A DNA stretch of 64,000 nucleotides from Rhodanobacter sp. (GCA_039922695.1 JBDTEG010000013.1:6233-70232), one strand, 5' to 3'; counted from the first letter of the stretch, positions 20,967 through 31,485 are shown. Translations and numbers: made by a program. Notes: a model not told the origin generated them from the sequence alone.

Positions 20967-21770
20967 TCAGACCTTGAGCAAGTCCGGCGTCGCCTGCTGC
21001 CCGATCGTGTCGACCATCGCCTTCGCCACATGCAGGTTGCCGGCGATGATGTTGCCGCTGGCCGGAATGCCGTCTCGGCCGGCGAAGTCGCAATAGTGGC
21101 CGCCGGCTTCGCGCACCAGCAGTACGCCAGCGGCCATGTCCCACGGTTTCAGGCCGATCTCGAAGTAGGCGTCGTAGCGGGCGGCGGCGACGTAGGCCAG
21201 GTCCAGCGCGGCGGAGCCGGAGCGGCGGATGTCCTCGGCCTGGTCCAGGATGGCGCGGGTCATGTCGAGCTGGGCATCGAGGTGCGCGCGCTGGCGGAAC
21301 GGGAAGCCGGTGGCGACCATTGCACCACTCAGGCTTTCGCGCTTGCCCACGCGCATGCGGCGGTCGTTGAGATAGGCGCCGTCGCCCTTGCTGGCGGTGT
21401 AAAGCTCGTCGCGCAGCGGGTCGAACACCACGGCATGGATTGGCACGCCCTTGTCCAGCAACGCGATGGAGACGCTGAAATGAGGGATGCCGCGCAGGTA
21501 GTTGTGGGTGCCGTCGAGCGGATCGATGACCCAGGTCAGCGGGCCCTTGCCGGTCTGGCCGCTTTCCTCGGCGAGGATCGCATGGTCGGGATAGGCTCGG
21601 CGCAGTTCCTTGATGATCTCCGCCTCGGCCAGCTTGTCGACTTCGGAGACGAAGTCCCACTGCTGCTTTTCCACGACGTTGAGCCCGTCGATGCGGTTCA
21701 TGTAGCGCAGGATCACATTGCCTGCAGAACGCGCGGCGCGCGCCGCGATCGTGACGTGTGGTCTGGCCAT
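20967..21770 (-). CDS. suhB: inositol monophosphatase family protein SuhB
   Basis: WVIDPLDGTHN, RRSGSAALDLAYVA, WDMAAG; divergent from trmJ. Confidence 0.95.
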   Translation of the reverse strand: MARPHVTIAARAARSAGNVILRYMNRIDGLNVVEKQQWDFVSEVDKLAEAEIIKELRRAYPDHAILAEESGQTGKGPLTWVIDPLDGTHNYLRGIPHFSVSIALLDKGVPIHAVVFDPLRDELYTASKGDGAYLNDRRMRVGKRESLSGAMVATGFPFRQRAHLDAQLDMTRAILDQAEDIRRSGSAALDLAYVAAARYDAYFEIGLKPWDMAAGVLLVREAGGHYCDFAGRDGIPASGNIIAGNLHVAKAMVDTIGQQATPDLLKV

Positions 21771-21883
21771 GGTTTCGACTTTGGAAGAGAGCGGGATTAC
21801 GGTCGGTGATTCTAACAGAGGCGGCCATGCGCCGCCCCGCGTCCGTTATCCTTGGCCGCTTCCGTTGCCAAGCCGTTCCGCGC

Positions 21884-22642
21884 ATGCCCGACCGTTCCGA
21901 ACTCGCCTCCCGCCTCCGCTTCGTGCTGGTGCGCACTTCCCATCCCGGCAATATCGGCAGCGCGGCACGGGCCATCCGCACCATGGGTTTCGATCGGCTC
22001 GAGCTGATCACGCCAGCGCGCTTTCCCGACCGTGAAGCGAACGCACTGGCGGCCGGGGCCGACGACGTGCTGGCCAGCGCGACTGTGCATGGCGAACTGG
22101 TCGACGGGCTGGCGGGCTGCAATTTCATCCTCGGCCTGTCGGCGCGCCGGCGCGGGGTGACGCTGGCGGAGTTGGGTCCGCGCGAGGCGGCGCATCAGGC
22201 GCTGGCCGCCGCCGCGCGCGGCGAGCAGGTGGCGCTGCTGTTTGGCAACGAACGCAGCGGACTGGACAACGAGGAGCTGGCACGCTGCAACGCCATGGTG
22301 CGGATTCCCAGCGTGGACGATTTCAGCTCGCTCAACCTGTCACAGGCCGTGCAGGTGATGGCCTACGAACTGCGCATGGCGATGCTCGGCGAGGAGCTGC
22401 CGGCGCCGCCGCCCGAACACGACGAGCCGCCCGCCGATGCGACGCAGATGGAGCAGTTCTACCTGCATCTGGGGCAGATGCTGGACGACATCGAGTTCCA
22501 CAAGGGTCGCGAAGCCACCACGATCATGCTGCGCCTGCGCAAGCTGTTCCAGCGCGCGCGTCCGGATGCGCACGAGTTGCGCGTGCTGCACGGCATCCTG
22601 GCCGACGCGCAGCGCATGGCGGCATTAGCCAAGGAAAAATGA
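21884..22642 (+). CDS. trmJ: tRNA (C/U32-2'-O)-methyltransferase TrmJ family (SPOUT)
   Basis: TSHPGNIGSAARA, LLFGNERSGL, SSLNLSQAVQV. Confidence 0.88.
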   Translation: MPDRSELASRLRFVLVRTSHPGNIGSAARAIRTMGFDRLELITPARFPDREANALAAGADDVLASATVHGELVDGLAGCNFILGLSARRRGVTLAELGPREAAHQALAAAARGEQVALLFGNERSGLDNEELARCNAMVRIPSVDDFSSLNLSQAVQVMAYELRMAMLGEELPAPPPEHDEPPADATQMEQFYLHLGQMLDDIEFHKGREATTIMLRLRKLFQRARPDAHELRVLHGILADAQRMAALAKEK

Positions 22643-22660
22643 CGCACCTCGCGCAAACCC

Positions 22661-22745
22661 TGCAGGGCCCACCCTGTGGGCGATGCTCTTGCCGGCGAAT
22701 CCCGAATCCCGGACGAACGGCATCGCCCACAGGGTGGGCTCCTAC
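22661..22745. repeat. REP doublet (inverted GTAG-type arms)
   Basis: GCAGGGCCCACCCTGTGGGCGATGC ... GCATCGCCCACAGGGTGGGCTCCTAC between convergent trmJ and the hlyC-like gene. Confidence 0.85.
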
Positions 22746-24049
22746 GGATCGGACGTTTCCGGGGCGGGGGTGACCAGCAGTTTGTCGATGCGGGCGCCGT
22801 CGAGGTCGACCACCTCGAAGCGGACACCGCGCCAGATGAACACCTCGCCGGTCTGTGGCACATGGCCCAGTGCGGTCATTACCATGCCGGCGACGGTACG
22901 GAAGTCGTGCTCGTCCTCGCCGGGGAGTTCGCTGGTGCGCAGCAGTTCGCGCAGGTCGTCGGTGGAGAGGCTGCCGTCGATCAGCCAGCTGCCGTCGGGG
23001 CGTTGCGTGATGGGAGCCTCGTCGTTGCCGCCGTGGCCGATCTGGCTGGCGCCGACCACGGCCGCCAGCAGATCGTTCACGGTGACCACGCCCTCGATGT
23101 CGCCGTACTCGTCGACCACCAGGGCCAACGGCGTTTCGGCATCGCGAAACTCCTCCAGCAGGTCCAGCGCGCGCGCCGTGGCGGGCACGAACAACGGCTT
23201 GGACAGATGAGTGAACAGCTCCGGACTGCCGTCGGCAAAGCTGTGAAGCATCAGCTTGACCTCGGCCACGCCGACCACGTCGCTCTCGTCATTGCGATAC
23301 ACGGGGTAACGGGAATACGGCGTCTCCCGCATCACCTCGATGTTTTCTTCGCGCGGCGCGGCCATGTCCAGCCAGGCGATGCGCATGCGCGGCGTCATGA
23401 CGCTGTCGACCGTGCGGTCTCCCAGGCGCAGCACGCGGTTGACCATGTTGTGCTCGTCCGCGTCGAGCACGCCCTGCTCGGCGCTTTCGGCGACCAGCAG
23501 ACGGATCTCGTCCTCGGTGACAACGCCCCGGCCCAGCGAGTTGACGCGCAGCAGGCGCAGCAGCAGGTTGCTGGAGGCATTCAGCAGCCACACGAACGGC
23601 GAGGCGATCCTGGACAGCACGAGCATCGGGATCGCCACGTAGGACGACAACTTCTCCGGTGCCGACAGGGCCAGCCGCTTGGGCACCAGTTCGCCGATCA
23701 CCACCTGGATGAACGAGATCAGGATGAAGCCGAGCACGATGCCGATGATCCTGGCGTACGGCAGCAGCCAGCCCAGCCGGTCGCCGGCCAGCGCGGTGGC
23801 GATGTGCCCTCCCAGCGCATCGCCGGCGATCGCACCGGTAATCAGCATCACCATGGTGATGCCGACCTGCACGGTGGAGAGGAAGTATTCCGGCGCTTCG
23901 GCGTGGCGCAGGGCCAGCGCCGCCTTGCGGCTGGACCGTGCCATCTGCTTGAGTCGGCTCTTGCGCGACACCACCAGGGCCATCTCGGACAACGCGAAGA
24001 ATCCGTTGCACAGGGAAAGCAACAGGACGAGCGCGATTTCGGTCAGCAT
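22742..24049 (-). CDS. HlyC/CorC family membrane protein (DUF21 + CBS + CorC)
   Basis: NGFFALSEMALV, GELVPKRLAL, SVMTPR, VVDEYG, FEVVDLDGARIDK. Confidence 0.9.
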   Translation of the reverse strand: MLTEIALVLLLSLCNGFFALSEMALVVSRKSRLKQMARSSRKAALALRHAEAPEYFLSTVQVGITMVMLITGAIAGDALGGHIATALAGDRLGWLLPYARIIGIVLGFILISFIQVVIGELVPKRLALSAPEKLSSYVAIPMLVLSRIASPFVWLLNASSNLLLRLLRVNSLGRGVVTEDEIRLLVAESAEQGVLDADEHNMVNRVLRLGDRTVDSVMTPRMRIAWLDMAAPREENIEVMRETPYSRYPVYRNDESDVVGVAEVKLMLHSFADGSPELFTHLSKPLFVPATARALDLLEEFRDAETPLALVVDEYGDIEGVVTVNDLLAAVVGASQIGHGGNDEAPITQRPDGSWLIDGSLSTDDLRELLRTSELPGEDEHDFRTVAGMVMTALGHVPQTGEVFIWRGVRFEVVDLDGARIDKLLVTPAPETSDP

Positions 24050-24183
24050 CGGCGGGATGATGGCGGGGGGTGCATGGGCACAGTGTAAGGGCAGTGGTGC
24101 CTGTACTTCATCCTGCCGTTGGTGCATGGCAGCATGGCCGTCCTGTACCATGGCCGCATTTGGTTTCCTCGGGCGCGCCACGC

Positions 24184-24813
24184 ATGTTTTCATTGCAGAC
24201 GATTTTCGGCAAGGGCGACAAGTTCTACGGCCTGCTGGAACAGAGCGCCGCCACCGCCTGCGAAAGCGCCCAGGCGCTGCATGATCTGCTGACCAAACCG
24301 GACCAGGGCTCGCTGATGGCAGCTTTTTCCGCCACCCGCGCGCGCGAGAAGGAGCTGGCCGCGCAGATCAGCGAAGGCCTGGTGAACACCTTTGTCACCG
24401 CACTGGACCGCGAGGACATCGAGTCGCTCAATTCCTCCCTGTACAAGATCCCGAAGACCATCGAGAAGTTCGCCGAGCGCTACGAGATCGTCGCGACGCG
24501 TCTGCATGGGGTGGATTTCGCCCAGCGCGCGCAGGTGCTGCTGCATTCCAGCGAAGTGGTGGTGGAGATGGTCCACGAGCTGCGCCGCGGCCTGCGCATC
24601 GACCGCGTGAAGAAACTGCAGGATCGCCTGCAGGCGTTGGAGTCCGAAGGCGATCGCATGTTGCTGGCGCCGTACCGCACCCTTTACGTCGAAGGCAATG
24701 ACGCGATGCGCGCGATGCTGGCCAAGGATCTTTTCGAGCTGATCGAGAAGGCCATCGACAAGTGCCGGGATGTCGGCAACATCGTCTATTCGATCGTGTT
24801 GAAGAACTCCTGA
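24184..24813 (+). CDS. DUF47/PhoU-like phosphate transport regulator
   Basis: FVTALDREDI, ESEGD, IDKCRDV; directly upstream of pit. Confidence 0.85.
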   Translation: MFSLQTIFGKGDKFYGLLEQSAATACESAQALHDLLTKPDQGSLMAAFSATRAREKELAAQISEGLVNTFVTALDREDIESLNSSLYKIPKTIEKFAERYEIVATRLHGVDFAQRAQVLLHSSEVVVEMVHELRRGLRIDRVKKLQDRLQALESEGDRMLLAPYRTLYVEGNDAMRAMLAKDLFELIEKAIDKCRDVGNIVYSIVLKNS

Positions 24814-24909
24814 GGAGCTCGCCGTGATTCCGCGAATTTCGCTTCACGATCCGGCGCTGCTGCCGTTGACCCGTCCCGGTACCCGCCGGTGTCCGACAGG
24901 GATCCACGC

Positions 24910-26022
24910 ATGAGTGTCGTCATCGCGGTGGTGGTGATCGCCCTCCTGTTCACCTACATCAACGGTTTCCACGACACCGCCAATTCCATTGCCACGGTGG
25001 TTGCCACCAAGGTGCTCAGCCCCGGCCAGGCGGTGCTGATGGCCGCTGGCACCAACCTGGTGGGTGCCTTCATGGGCACGGCGGTGGCGGCCACGATCGC
25101 GTCCGGGCTGATCAATTCCGGCGTGATCGAGATGAGTTCGCAACTGCTCATCTGCGCGCTGCTGGCGGCGATCGTGTGGAACCTGATCACCTGGTGGCTG
25201 GGCCTGCCATCGAGTTCCAGCCACGCGCTGATCGGCGCGCTGGTCGGGGCGGCACTGGCGGCCTCGCACAACAATTTCGATTCGGTGATCTGGGTGCAGG
25301 GCGGCTGGCTGGACGGCGACGGCGTGATTCCCAAGGTCATCATTCCGATGGTGTTGTCGCCGGTTGGCGGGTTCGTGATCGCCTTCATCGTGATGGGGGC
25401 GCTGTATGCGCTGCTGGCCTGGTTCGCGCGACGACAGGGCTGGTTGCGCCGCCTGGGCCGCACTCCGTTCGTCAACGCCTTCTTTGGCAAGGCCCAGATC
25501 GTCTCGGCCGCCGCGATGGGCGTGGCGCACGGCATGAACGATGCGCAGAAGAGCATGGGCATCATCGCGCTGGCGTTGGCCGGCGCGACCGCAGCCCATC
25601 AGTTCGACCACCTGCCGGAGGTATTCTCCTTCCTGCGCATCAACGAGAGCTCCGCCGGCGGTTTTGTCATCCCCGGATGGGTGAAGGTGGTGTCCGCACT
25701 GACCATGGCTGCGGGTACCGCCGGCGGTGGTTGGCGCATCATCAAGACGCTGGGCCACAAGATGGTGAAGCTGCATCCGATCAATGGTTTCGCGGCCGAA
25801 ACCAGCGCGGCCGTGGTGATTCTGACGGCCTCGGTGTTCGGCATCCCGGTATCCACCACCCACAACGTGTCTGCTTCGATCATGGGCGTGGGTTCGGCCA
25901 AGCGCTTCAGCGCGATCCGCTGGTCGGTGGTGGAACGCATGGTGTGGGCCTGGATCCTGACCCTGCCGATCACCGCGTTGGTGGCCTATGGCTTCGTGCT
26001 GGGATACCGCGTGCTGTTCTGA
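24910..26022 (+). CDS. pit: inorganic phosphate transporter (PiT family)
   Basis: NGFHDTANSIAT, AHGMNDAQKSMG, GGWRIIKTLG, PVSTTH. Confidence 0.92.
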   Translation: MSVVIAVVVIALLFTYINGFHDTANSIATVVATKVLSPGQAVLMAAGTNLVGAFMGTAVAATIASGLINSGVIEMSSQLLICALLAAIVWNLITWWLGLPSSSSHALIGALVGAALAASHNNFDSVIWVQGGWLDGDGVIPKVIIPMVLSPVGGFVIAFIVMGALYALLAWFARRQGWLRRLGRTPFVNAFFGKAQIVSAAAMGVAHGMNDAQKSMGIIALALAGATAAHQFDHLPEVFSFLRINESSAGGFVIPGWVKVVSALTMAAGTAGGGWRIIKTLGHKMVKLHPINGFAAETSAAVVILTASVFGIPVSTTHNVSASIMGVGSAKRFSAIRWSVVERMVWAWILTLPITALVAYGFVLGYRVLF

Positions 26023-26050
26023 GTGCGCCGGTTGCTCCCGGGCGCGGCGC

Positions 26051-26455
26051 CTACAGGGCGTCGTCGGCGCTGGCGACCACCTGCTCCAGCTGGTCGCCCA
26101 GCGAGCCCAGCTCGTGGATGACGCGCTCCAGCTCGGTGGCATCGAGAAATTCGTACAGGCGGTTTTCGCACAGGTGCAGGTAAGGGGAGCCGTCGAGATC
26201 GGCCACCGCCAGGAACCCGGTGCGCTGCTGCCAGTTGAAACGCAGGCAGCGCTGCGGGTCCGCGCCTGCCAGCGGACCGATCGGGGTGGATACGCGCAGG
26301 TAGCGGCGGCCGGACTCGCCCTCCAGCTCGGCCAGATAGATGCCCTGGTGACGGTCTCCGCCGAGGCTCAGGTCGAAGCTGATCAGGTACGGATCGTTGT
26401 GGTGCAGCTGGTGCTGGCTGCCGAGGTGCGAGCGCACCGCTTCGAAGTGGCGCAT
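26051..26455 (-). CDS. hypothetical protein (possible YbjN/T3SS-chaperone-like fold)
   Basis: About 134 aa; beta-rich N-terminal half then a helix, N-x-(W/F) motif; family call tentative. Confidence 0.55.
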   Translation of the reverse strand: MRHFEAVRSHLGSQHQLHHNDPYLISFDLSLGGDRHQGIYLAELEGESGRRYLRVSTPIGPLAGADPQRCLRFNWQQRTGFLAVADLDGSPYLHLCENRLYEFLDATELERVIHELGSLGDQLEQVVASADDAL

Positions 26456-26534
26456 GGTGCCGTTACCGATCAAATAAGCCGAGGTTACTCTGTCGGAGAA
26501 CACTTGCCGAGTTGCATACCGTGCCGGAGAGCGC

Positions 26535-26876
26535 ATGAAAGATTGCAATGACCGCATCTACGCCGCCATCGCTGCGATCCCGGCTGGCCGGGTGGCCAGC
26601 TATGGGGCCATCGCCGCCCGCGCAGGGCTGCCCGGGCGGGCGCGGCTGGTCGGTCGCCTGCTCGGCGAGGTGCCCGCCGGCATGGACTTGCCCTGGTTCC
26701 GCGTGCTGCGCGCCAGCGGGCAGATCGCCTTGCCGCCCGGTAGTCGCGGGTTCCGCGAGCAGTGCCGACGGCTGCGCGCCGAAGGGGTCGAGGTACGTCA
26801 TGGCCGCGTGCCGCTGGCGCGGTTCGGCCTGGATGGCGACCTCGACCAGGCGCTGTGGGGGATGCCTGGCGAGTAG
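26535..26876 (+). CDS. MGMT family / alkyltransferase-like protein (Atl)
   Basis: IPAGRVASYGAIA, RLVG, LPWFRV (Trp where MGMT has the PCHR Cys). Confidence 0.85.
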   Translation: MKDCNDRIYAAIAAIPAGRVASYGAIAARAGLPGRARLVGRLLGEVPAGMDLPWFRVLRASGQIALPPGSRGFREQCRRLRAEGVEVRHGRVPLARFGLDGDLDQALWGMPGE

Positions 26877-26883
26877 CCGCTAC

Positions 26884-28182
26884 TCAGGCTGCCGTCGAGC
26901 GGCCTCGCTTGCGTCGCGCGGTGCTGATCGCCTTCATCGGTCGATCGAACTCGCGGATGAAGTCACGCACCTGCGGGTATACCGTTTCGCGCCAGCGTCG
27001 CCCGCTGAAGATGCCGTAGTGGCCGGCTCCGTCGATCACCTGGTGCAGACTCCGTTTCGCCGGGATGCTGCTGCACAGGTCGTGCGCCGCCTCGGTCTGG
27101 CCGAGGCCGGAGATGTCATCCAGTTCGCCCTCGATGGTCAGCAGTGCGCTGGTCTTGATCGCGCCCGGGTCGACTCGTTCGCCGGCCACATCCCATAGTC
27201 CGCGCGGCAGCACAAACTGCTGGAATACCTTCTCGATGGTATCCAGGTAGAACCGTGCCGGCATGTCCAGCACCGCGTTGTACTCGTCGTAGAACTTGCG
27301 GTGCGCCTCGGCGTCTTCCTGGTCGCCACGCAGGAGATCCTGGTAGAAGTCCCAATGCGAGTTCATGTGCCTGCCGGGGTTCATCGCAATGAACCCGGCG
27401 TGCTGCAGGAAGCCCGGGTAGACTTCGCGCCCGCGTCCGGGATAGTTCGGCGGTACCGTCTGGATCACGTTGCCCTGGAACCACGACAGCGGCTGGCGGG
27501 TGGCCAGGTTGTCGACACTGGTGGGGCTGCGCCGCGGATCGATCGGGCCGCCCATCATGGTCAGGCTGCGCGGGGTGGTTTCGCCACGCGCGGCCATCAG
27601 CGACACCGCCGCCAGCACCGGCACGGTGGGCTGGCACACCGAAATCACATGCAGTGATTCGGCTCCGATATGCCGGATGAAGTCCTCCACGTAGGCGACG
27701 TAATCATCCAGGCCGAAAGTGCCGTCGCTTGCCGGCACCATGCGCGCGTCGACCCAGTCCGTGATGTACACCTTGTGGTCACGCAACAGGGTGCGCACGG
27801 TGTCTCGCAGCAAGGTGGCGTGATGGCCGGACATCGGCGCCACCACCAGTACCACGGGGTCGATCTTCATCTTCTCGATGGTGGCCGGATCGTCGCTGAA
27901 GCGCTTGAAGCGCTTGAGCTGGCAGAACGGTTTGGCCATCGCCACGCGCTCGATCACCGCGATCTCCTGATCGTGGGCGCGTGCGACATGGATGCCGAAC
28001 TCGGGTTTTTCGTATTCCTTGCCCAGGCGGTAGATCAGCTCGTTGCCGGCCGCCACGCGCTGCACGCCGGGAAACTGGGCGAGCGGATTGGTGGGCGCGC
28101 TGAGCATGCGTGCGCTGGCTTCGGCGAAGTAGCTCAGCGGGCCGAGCAGCGAACGCTGCCATTCATGGATTTGATAAAGCAT
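26884..28182 (-). CDS. phaZ: intracellular polyhydroxyalkanoate depolymerase
   Basis: MLYQIHE start, VAPMSGHHATLLRDTV, VYITDW, SVCQP, GHYGIFSG. Confidence 0.92.
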   Translation of the reverse strand: MLYQIHEWQRSLLGPLSYFAEASARMLSAPTNPLAQFPGVQRVAAGNELIYRLGKEYEKPEFGIHVARAHDQEIAVIERVAMAKPFCQLKRFKRFSDDPATIEKMKIDPVVLVVAPMSGHHATLLRDTVRTLLRDHKVYITDWVDARMVPASDGTFGLDDYVAYVEDFIRHIGAESLHVISVCQPTVPVLAAVSLMAARGETTPRSLTMMGGPIDPRRSPTSVDNLATRQPLSWFQGNVIQTVPPNYPGRGREVYPGFLQHAGFIAMNPGRHMNSHWDFYQDLLRGDQEDAEAHRKFYDEYNAVLDMPARFYLDTIEKVFQQFVLPRGLWDVAGERVDPGAIKTSALLTIEGELDDISGLGQTEAAHDLCSSIPAKRSLHQVIDGAGHYGIFSGRRWRETVYPQVRDFIREFDRPMKAISTARRKRGRSTAA

Positions 28183-28277
28183 CGAGCAGGGGAAACCTTG
28201 GGTGCGAAGCGTCCGATAGTAGCGGGTTTGCCCGACGCATGTTGCGATGCCGCAGACAGTGCAGCGCTGCGCACCGA

Positions 28278-29027
28278 TCAACCGGCGTAGCGGCAACGCA
28301 GCAGCAATTCGTCGACACCCCGGGTCTCACCCAGCCCGTCGCGCCAGCGCAGGGGCTTCTGGAAGCGCAGCCCCAGCGGCATGAATACCCGGTTGTACCA
28401 CCACATCGCCCGTTCGCGCTGATGGGTCAGGTACCACTGGCCAAGGTCCAGCAGGCGCGAGGACTTCGGCTGCATGCCATACACGGCGCTGTGTTCGAGC
28501 TGCAGGCCGTGCAGCTCCAGCAGGGCCAGGATCCGTGCCGGCTCGTAACGGCGGCAGTGGCCGACGAACTCGTCAAAGGCGGTCCATGCCTCGGGGTGCA
28601 GAGGCACCGACAACAGGACAAGGGCTCCCGGCGCCGCCACCCGCGCAATTTCGCTCAGTGCACCGGTGTCGTCGGCGACATGTTCGAGTATGTCCAGCGC
28701 GCAGACCAGGTCGAAGCTGGCATCGCGGCACGGCAGCGCGCCGATCATGCCGTGGACCGCGTTGGCTCCGCTCGCGCGCAGGCGGCGCAGCGCCGCATGG
28801 CTCAGGTCAACGAAACAGGTGCCCTCCAGCGGCAGTCGCGGTCGCAGCCCGGGCGCCACTTCCAGCCGGCGCGGTGCGTGGTGTGCCAGTTCGCGCAGCA
28901 ACGGCCAGGTGTTGAAGCGTGCCGGATCGACCAGCTTTGCCCGCGCCCACAGCGACTCGTAGAAGCCGCGATTGCTGCGGATCAGTTCGGCGTCGCTGCG
29001 GTTTTCGGCGGGGCGCGGTGGCGGCAT
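28278..29027 (-). CDS. class I SAM-dependent methyltransferase
   Basis: LEVAPG variant motif I, FDLVCALDILEHVADD. Confidence 0.75.
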   Translation of the reverse strand: MPPPRPAENRSDAELIRSNRGFYESLWARAKLVDPARFNTWPLLRELAHHAPRRLEVAPGLRPRLPLEGTCFVDLSHAALRRLRASGANAVHGMIGALPCRDASFDLVCALDILEHVADDTGALSEIARVAAPGALVLLSVPLHPEAWTAFDEFVGHCRRYEPARILALLELHGLQLEHSAVYGMQPKSSRLLDLGQWYLTHQRERAMWWYNRVFMPLGLRFQKPLRWRDGLGETRGVDELLLRCRYAG

Positions 29028-29068
29028 CGATCGATTGAACCGTGCCGGCGCTGATCAGGACGTGAAAC

Positions 29069-29575
29069 TCAGCCGATCTGGTGCAGTTCGGTGCCGGCCG
29101 CCATATCGTGCATCGCGCGACGACGCGGATCGACCAGCGCCACGACAAACCAGGCACCCCATACCACCAGCAAGGTCCAGAGCGTGGTGCGCAGTCCCCA
29201 GGGGGCGGCCAGCATCAGCACCAGCATCGGCGCGGCAGCCACCAGCAGACGCAACACGGCCTGCTGTGCAGAGAGGCTGCCGCCGTCGCGTCGGGCCAGC
29301 CGGATATGCCATGGCCGCATGCCCACGGTCTGTCCGCCCAGCAACCAGGAGCTGATGAAGTACGCCGACACCACCAGTCCCTGCAGCGGCCGATACCAGA
29401 CCGGGATGACGGTGTGTCCGTCGGTGCGGATCAGCTGGCCGTGAGTCGCCAGCTGGCACAGCAAGCCCACCACCATCACGATCGCCACCACGATCAACAG
29501 GTCGTAGACCAGCGCCAGCAGGCGGCGCCACAACGGGCAGGGCACGGAGGACACGGCAGCGGGCATGGTCGGCAT
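29069..29575 (-). CDS. RDD family membrane protein
   Basis: WRRLLALVYD, GQTVGMR, RRAMHDMAAGT. Confidence 0.88.
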   Translation of the reverse strand: MPTMPAAVSSVPCPLWRRLLALVYDLLIVVAIVMVVGLLCQLATHGQLIRTDGHTVIPVWYRPLQGLVVSAYFISSWLLGGQTVGMRPWHIRLARRDGGSLSAQQAVLRLLVAAAPMLVLMLAAPWGLRTTLWTLLVVWGAWFVVALVDPRRRAMHDMAAGTELHQIG

Positions 29576-29601
29576 CGGATCGCTTGCGTGGAGGGCGCGC
29601 G

Positions 29602-30537
29602 ATGGTCAGCATCGTACGCATGGAGAAAGGAGACAGTCCCGCCAGTATCGCCGAAGCCGACCAGCGCAGCATCGCCGCGTTCCTCGAACGGGTGTGGTCA
29701 GAGGATGGTCTGGCCGAGCGCACGCTGGAGGCCTACCGACGCGACCTCGAAGCACTCGCGCGCTGGCTCGCCACGCGTGGCCGTGAACTGCACTCCGCCA
29801 CGCGCGAGGACATCTCCGCTTACCACGGCGCACAGCGGGCGGCCATCCGCTCGATGGCGCGTCGTCAATCGGCGTTTCGTCGCTATTACGCGTTCGTCAT
29901 CCGCGACGAACCGGATTTCGTCGATCCCACCTTGTTGATCGAGCGGCCGAAGATGCCGCGCAGCCTGCCCAAGGCGCTGGCCGAGCGCGAGATCGAAAGC
30001 CTGCTGCAGGCGCCGGATATCGGTAGCACGCTGGGCCTGCGTGATCGCGCCATGCTGGAGCTGATGTACGCCTCGGGTCTGCGGGTGTCCGAACTGGTCG
30101 AACTGCCCCTGGCCGCGCTGAACACACGCCAGGGTGTGCTGCGGGTCACCGGCAAGGGCGGCAAGGACCGGTTGGTGCCGGTCGGCGAGGTGGCGCTGGA
30201 GCGTATCGATGCATACCTTGCCGGCGCGCGCCCCGCCTTGGCCAAGGGCCGACAGCCGGCCGCCTTGTTCCTCAGCAATCGAGGCGAAGGCATGAGTCGG
30301 CAGATGTTCTGGATGCTGGTGAAACGCTACGCGCTCAAGGTCGGCATCCATCCCAAACGCATCTCGCCCCACGTATTGCGCCACTCGTTCGCCACCCACC
30401 TGCTCAATCACGGTGCCGACCTGCGCGCCCTGCAGATGCTGCTGGGCCACAGCTCACTCAGTACCACGCAGATCTACACGCTGGTGGCGAAGGAAGGATT
30501 GAAGCGGCTGCACGCACAGCATCATCCGCGCGGCTGA
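29602..30537 (+). CDS. xerD: chromosomal site-specific tyrosine recombinase XerD
   Basis: RDRAMLELMYASGLRVSELV, GKGGKDRLVP, SPHVLRHSFATHLLNHGADLR, STTQIYT, terminal HHPRG; start uncertain (29602 or 29620). Confidence 0.93.
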   Translation: MVSIVRMEKGDSPASIAEADQRSIAAFLERVWSEDGLAERTLEAYRRDLEALARWLATRGRELHSATREDISAYHGAQRAAIRSMARRQSAFRRYYAFVIRDEPDFVDPTLLIERPKMPRSLPKALAEREIESLLQAPDIGSTLGLRDRAMLELMYASGLRVSELVELPLAALNTRQGVLRVTGKGGKDRLVPVGEVALERIDAYLAGARPALAKGRQPAALFLSNRGEGMSRQMFWMLVKRYALKVGIHPKRISPHVLRHSFATHLLNHGADLRALQMLLGHSSLSTTQIYTLVAKEGLKRLHAQHHPRG

Positions 30538-30712
30538 TGCTCGGGAAGGACAGGCCAAAGCCGTGCCTTCCCGAAAGTTTCACGCTTGCCCGTCGTCAGC
30601 CTTTGAGCTCGACGCGCCCTCGATGCATCGACCAGCTCTTGTCATCGGACGCGAACGCCACCAGCACGCCGGTTTCCAGATTGAACGACGATCAACGTAT
30701 GGCCCGGGCGGG

Positions 30713-31315
30713 TCATTGTTCCTGCATGACATCCACGCTTTCCACATAGATCAACTCACAAGCCCCCGCGCCGGTATCGTTGCGGGTCATCGAGGTGTTC
30801 CAGTGCCAGCCGCCGGGGCGCGTGGCGTCGACCAGGAAGCCTTCGAGATGGATGACCTGACCCGCCCGTACTTTTTCGAGCTGACGTTCCACGCCGGGGT
30901 CGGCGGGGATCATGTGCATGTTGGCGCTGGAGGTTTCGATTTCGCGGCGAGGGATCGGGAATTCCTTCACATGCCAGTAGTAGAAACGACCGGACTGGCT
31001 GATGTCGATTTTTGCCAACACGGCGCTGTCGGACATGCGGCCCCAACCCAGCGCAAGGTCGATGGGCACCAGATCGGCGCCATCGCCCCGGGAATAGTCC
31101 TTGCGCGAGAGTACGCGGGCGGTGATGTCGAAGTGCGCGCGGGTGGCGAGGGTGGTGTCGCCTTGCTGCAACTGGGCGCCGTGACGAAGATCGACCTGGA
31201 CGGGTGCCTCGGCGGCAAGCACGCCGGGTCCGGGATGCAACGGGCTGTGTTGGCAATGTTTGAGCACGCCCAACATCACCAACAATGAGGCGGCAAGTAG
31301 CAGAAGCTTGCGCAT
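30713..31315 (-). CDS. conserved-looking hypothetical exported protein
   Basis: Signal/anchor helix; DLALGWG, SANMHMIPA and GACE blocks; host-like codon usage. Confidence 0.65.
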   Translation of the reverse strand: MRKLLLLAASLLVMLGVLKHCQHSPLHPGPGVLAAEAPVQVDLRHGAQLQQGDTTLATRAHFDITARVLSRKDYSRGDGADLVPIDLALGWGRMSDSAVLAKIDISQSGRFYYWHVKEFPIPRREIETSSANMHMIPADPGVERQLEKVRAGQVIHLEGFLVDATRPGGWHWNTSMTRNDTGAGACELIYVESVDVMQEQ

Positions 31316-31485
31316 GCGAACGGTGCCCCGGTGCTCCCTGGTATGCGTGGATATTAAGGGAGATCGCGTCGCTCGAGACCAGGCCAAGCCAATCTGCCGC
31401 GTCCAGCGGCTCTTGTCGGCGGCTCAGGGTTGCCGATCGCGGCTGAGCAGGCAGCGGAAGCGTCGCCTTGCGCCAGGCGGTCTTG

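Noticed and set aside
29602-30537. Tyrosine recombinase as the integrase of a prophage or island
   Set aside because: The sequence is typical chromosomal XerD (HHPRG end, ADLRALQMLLGH), flanked by housekeeping-type genes; no att repeats or phage genes.
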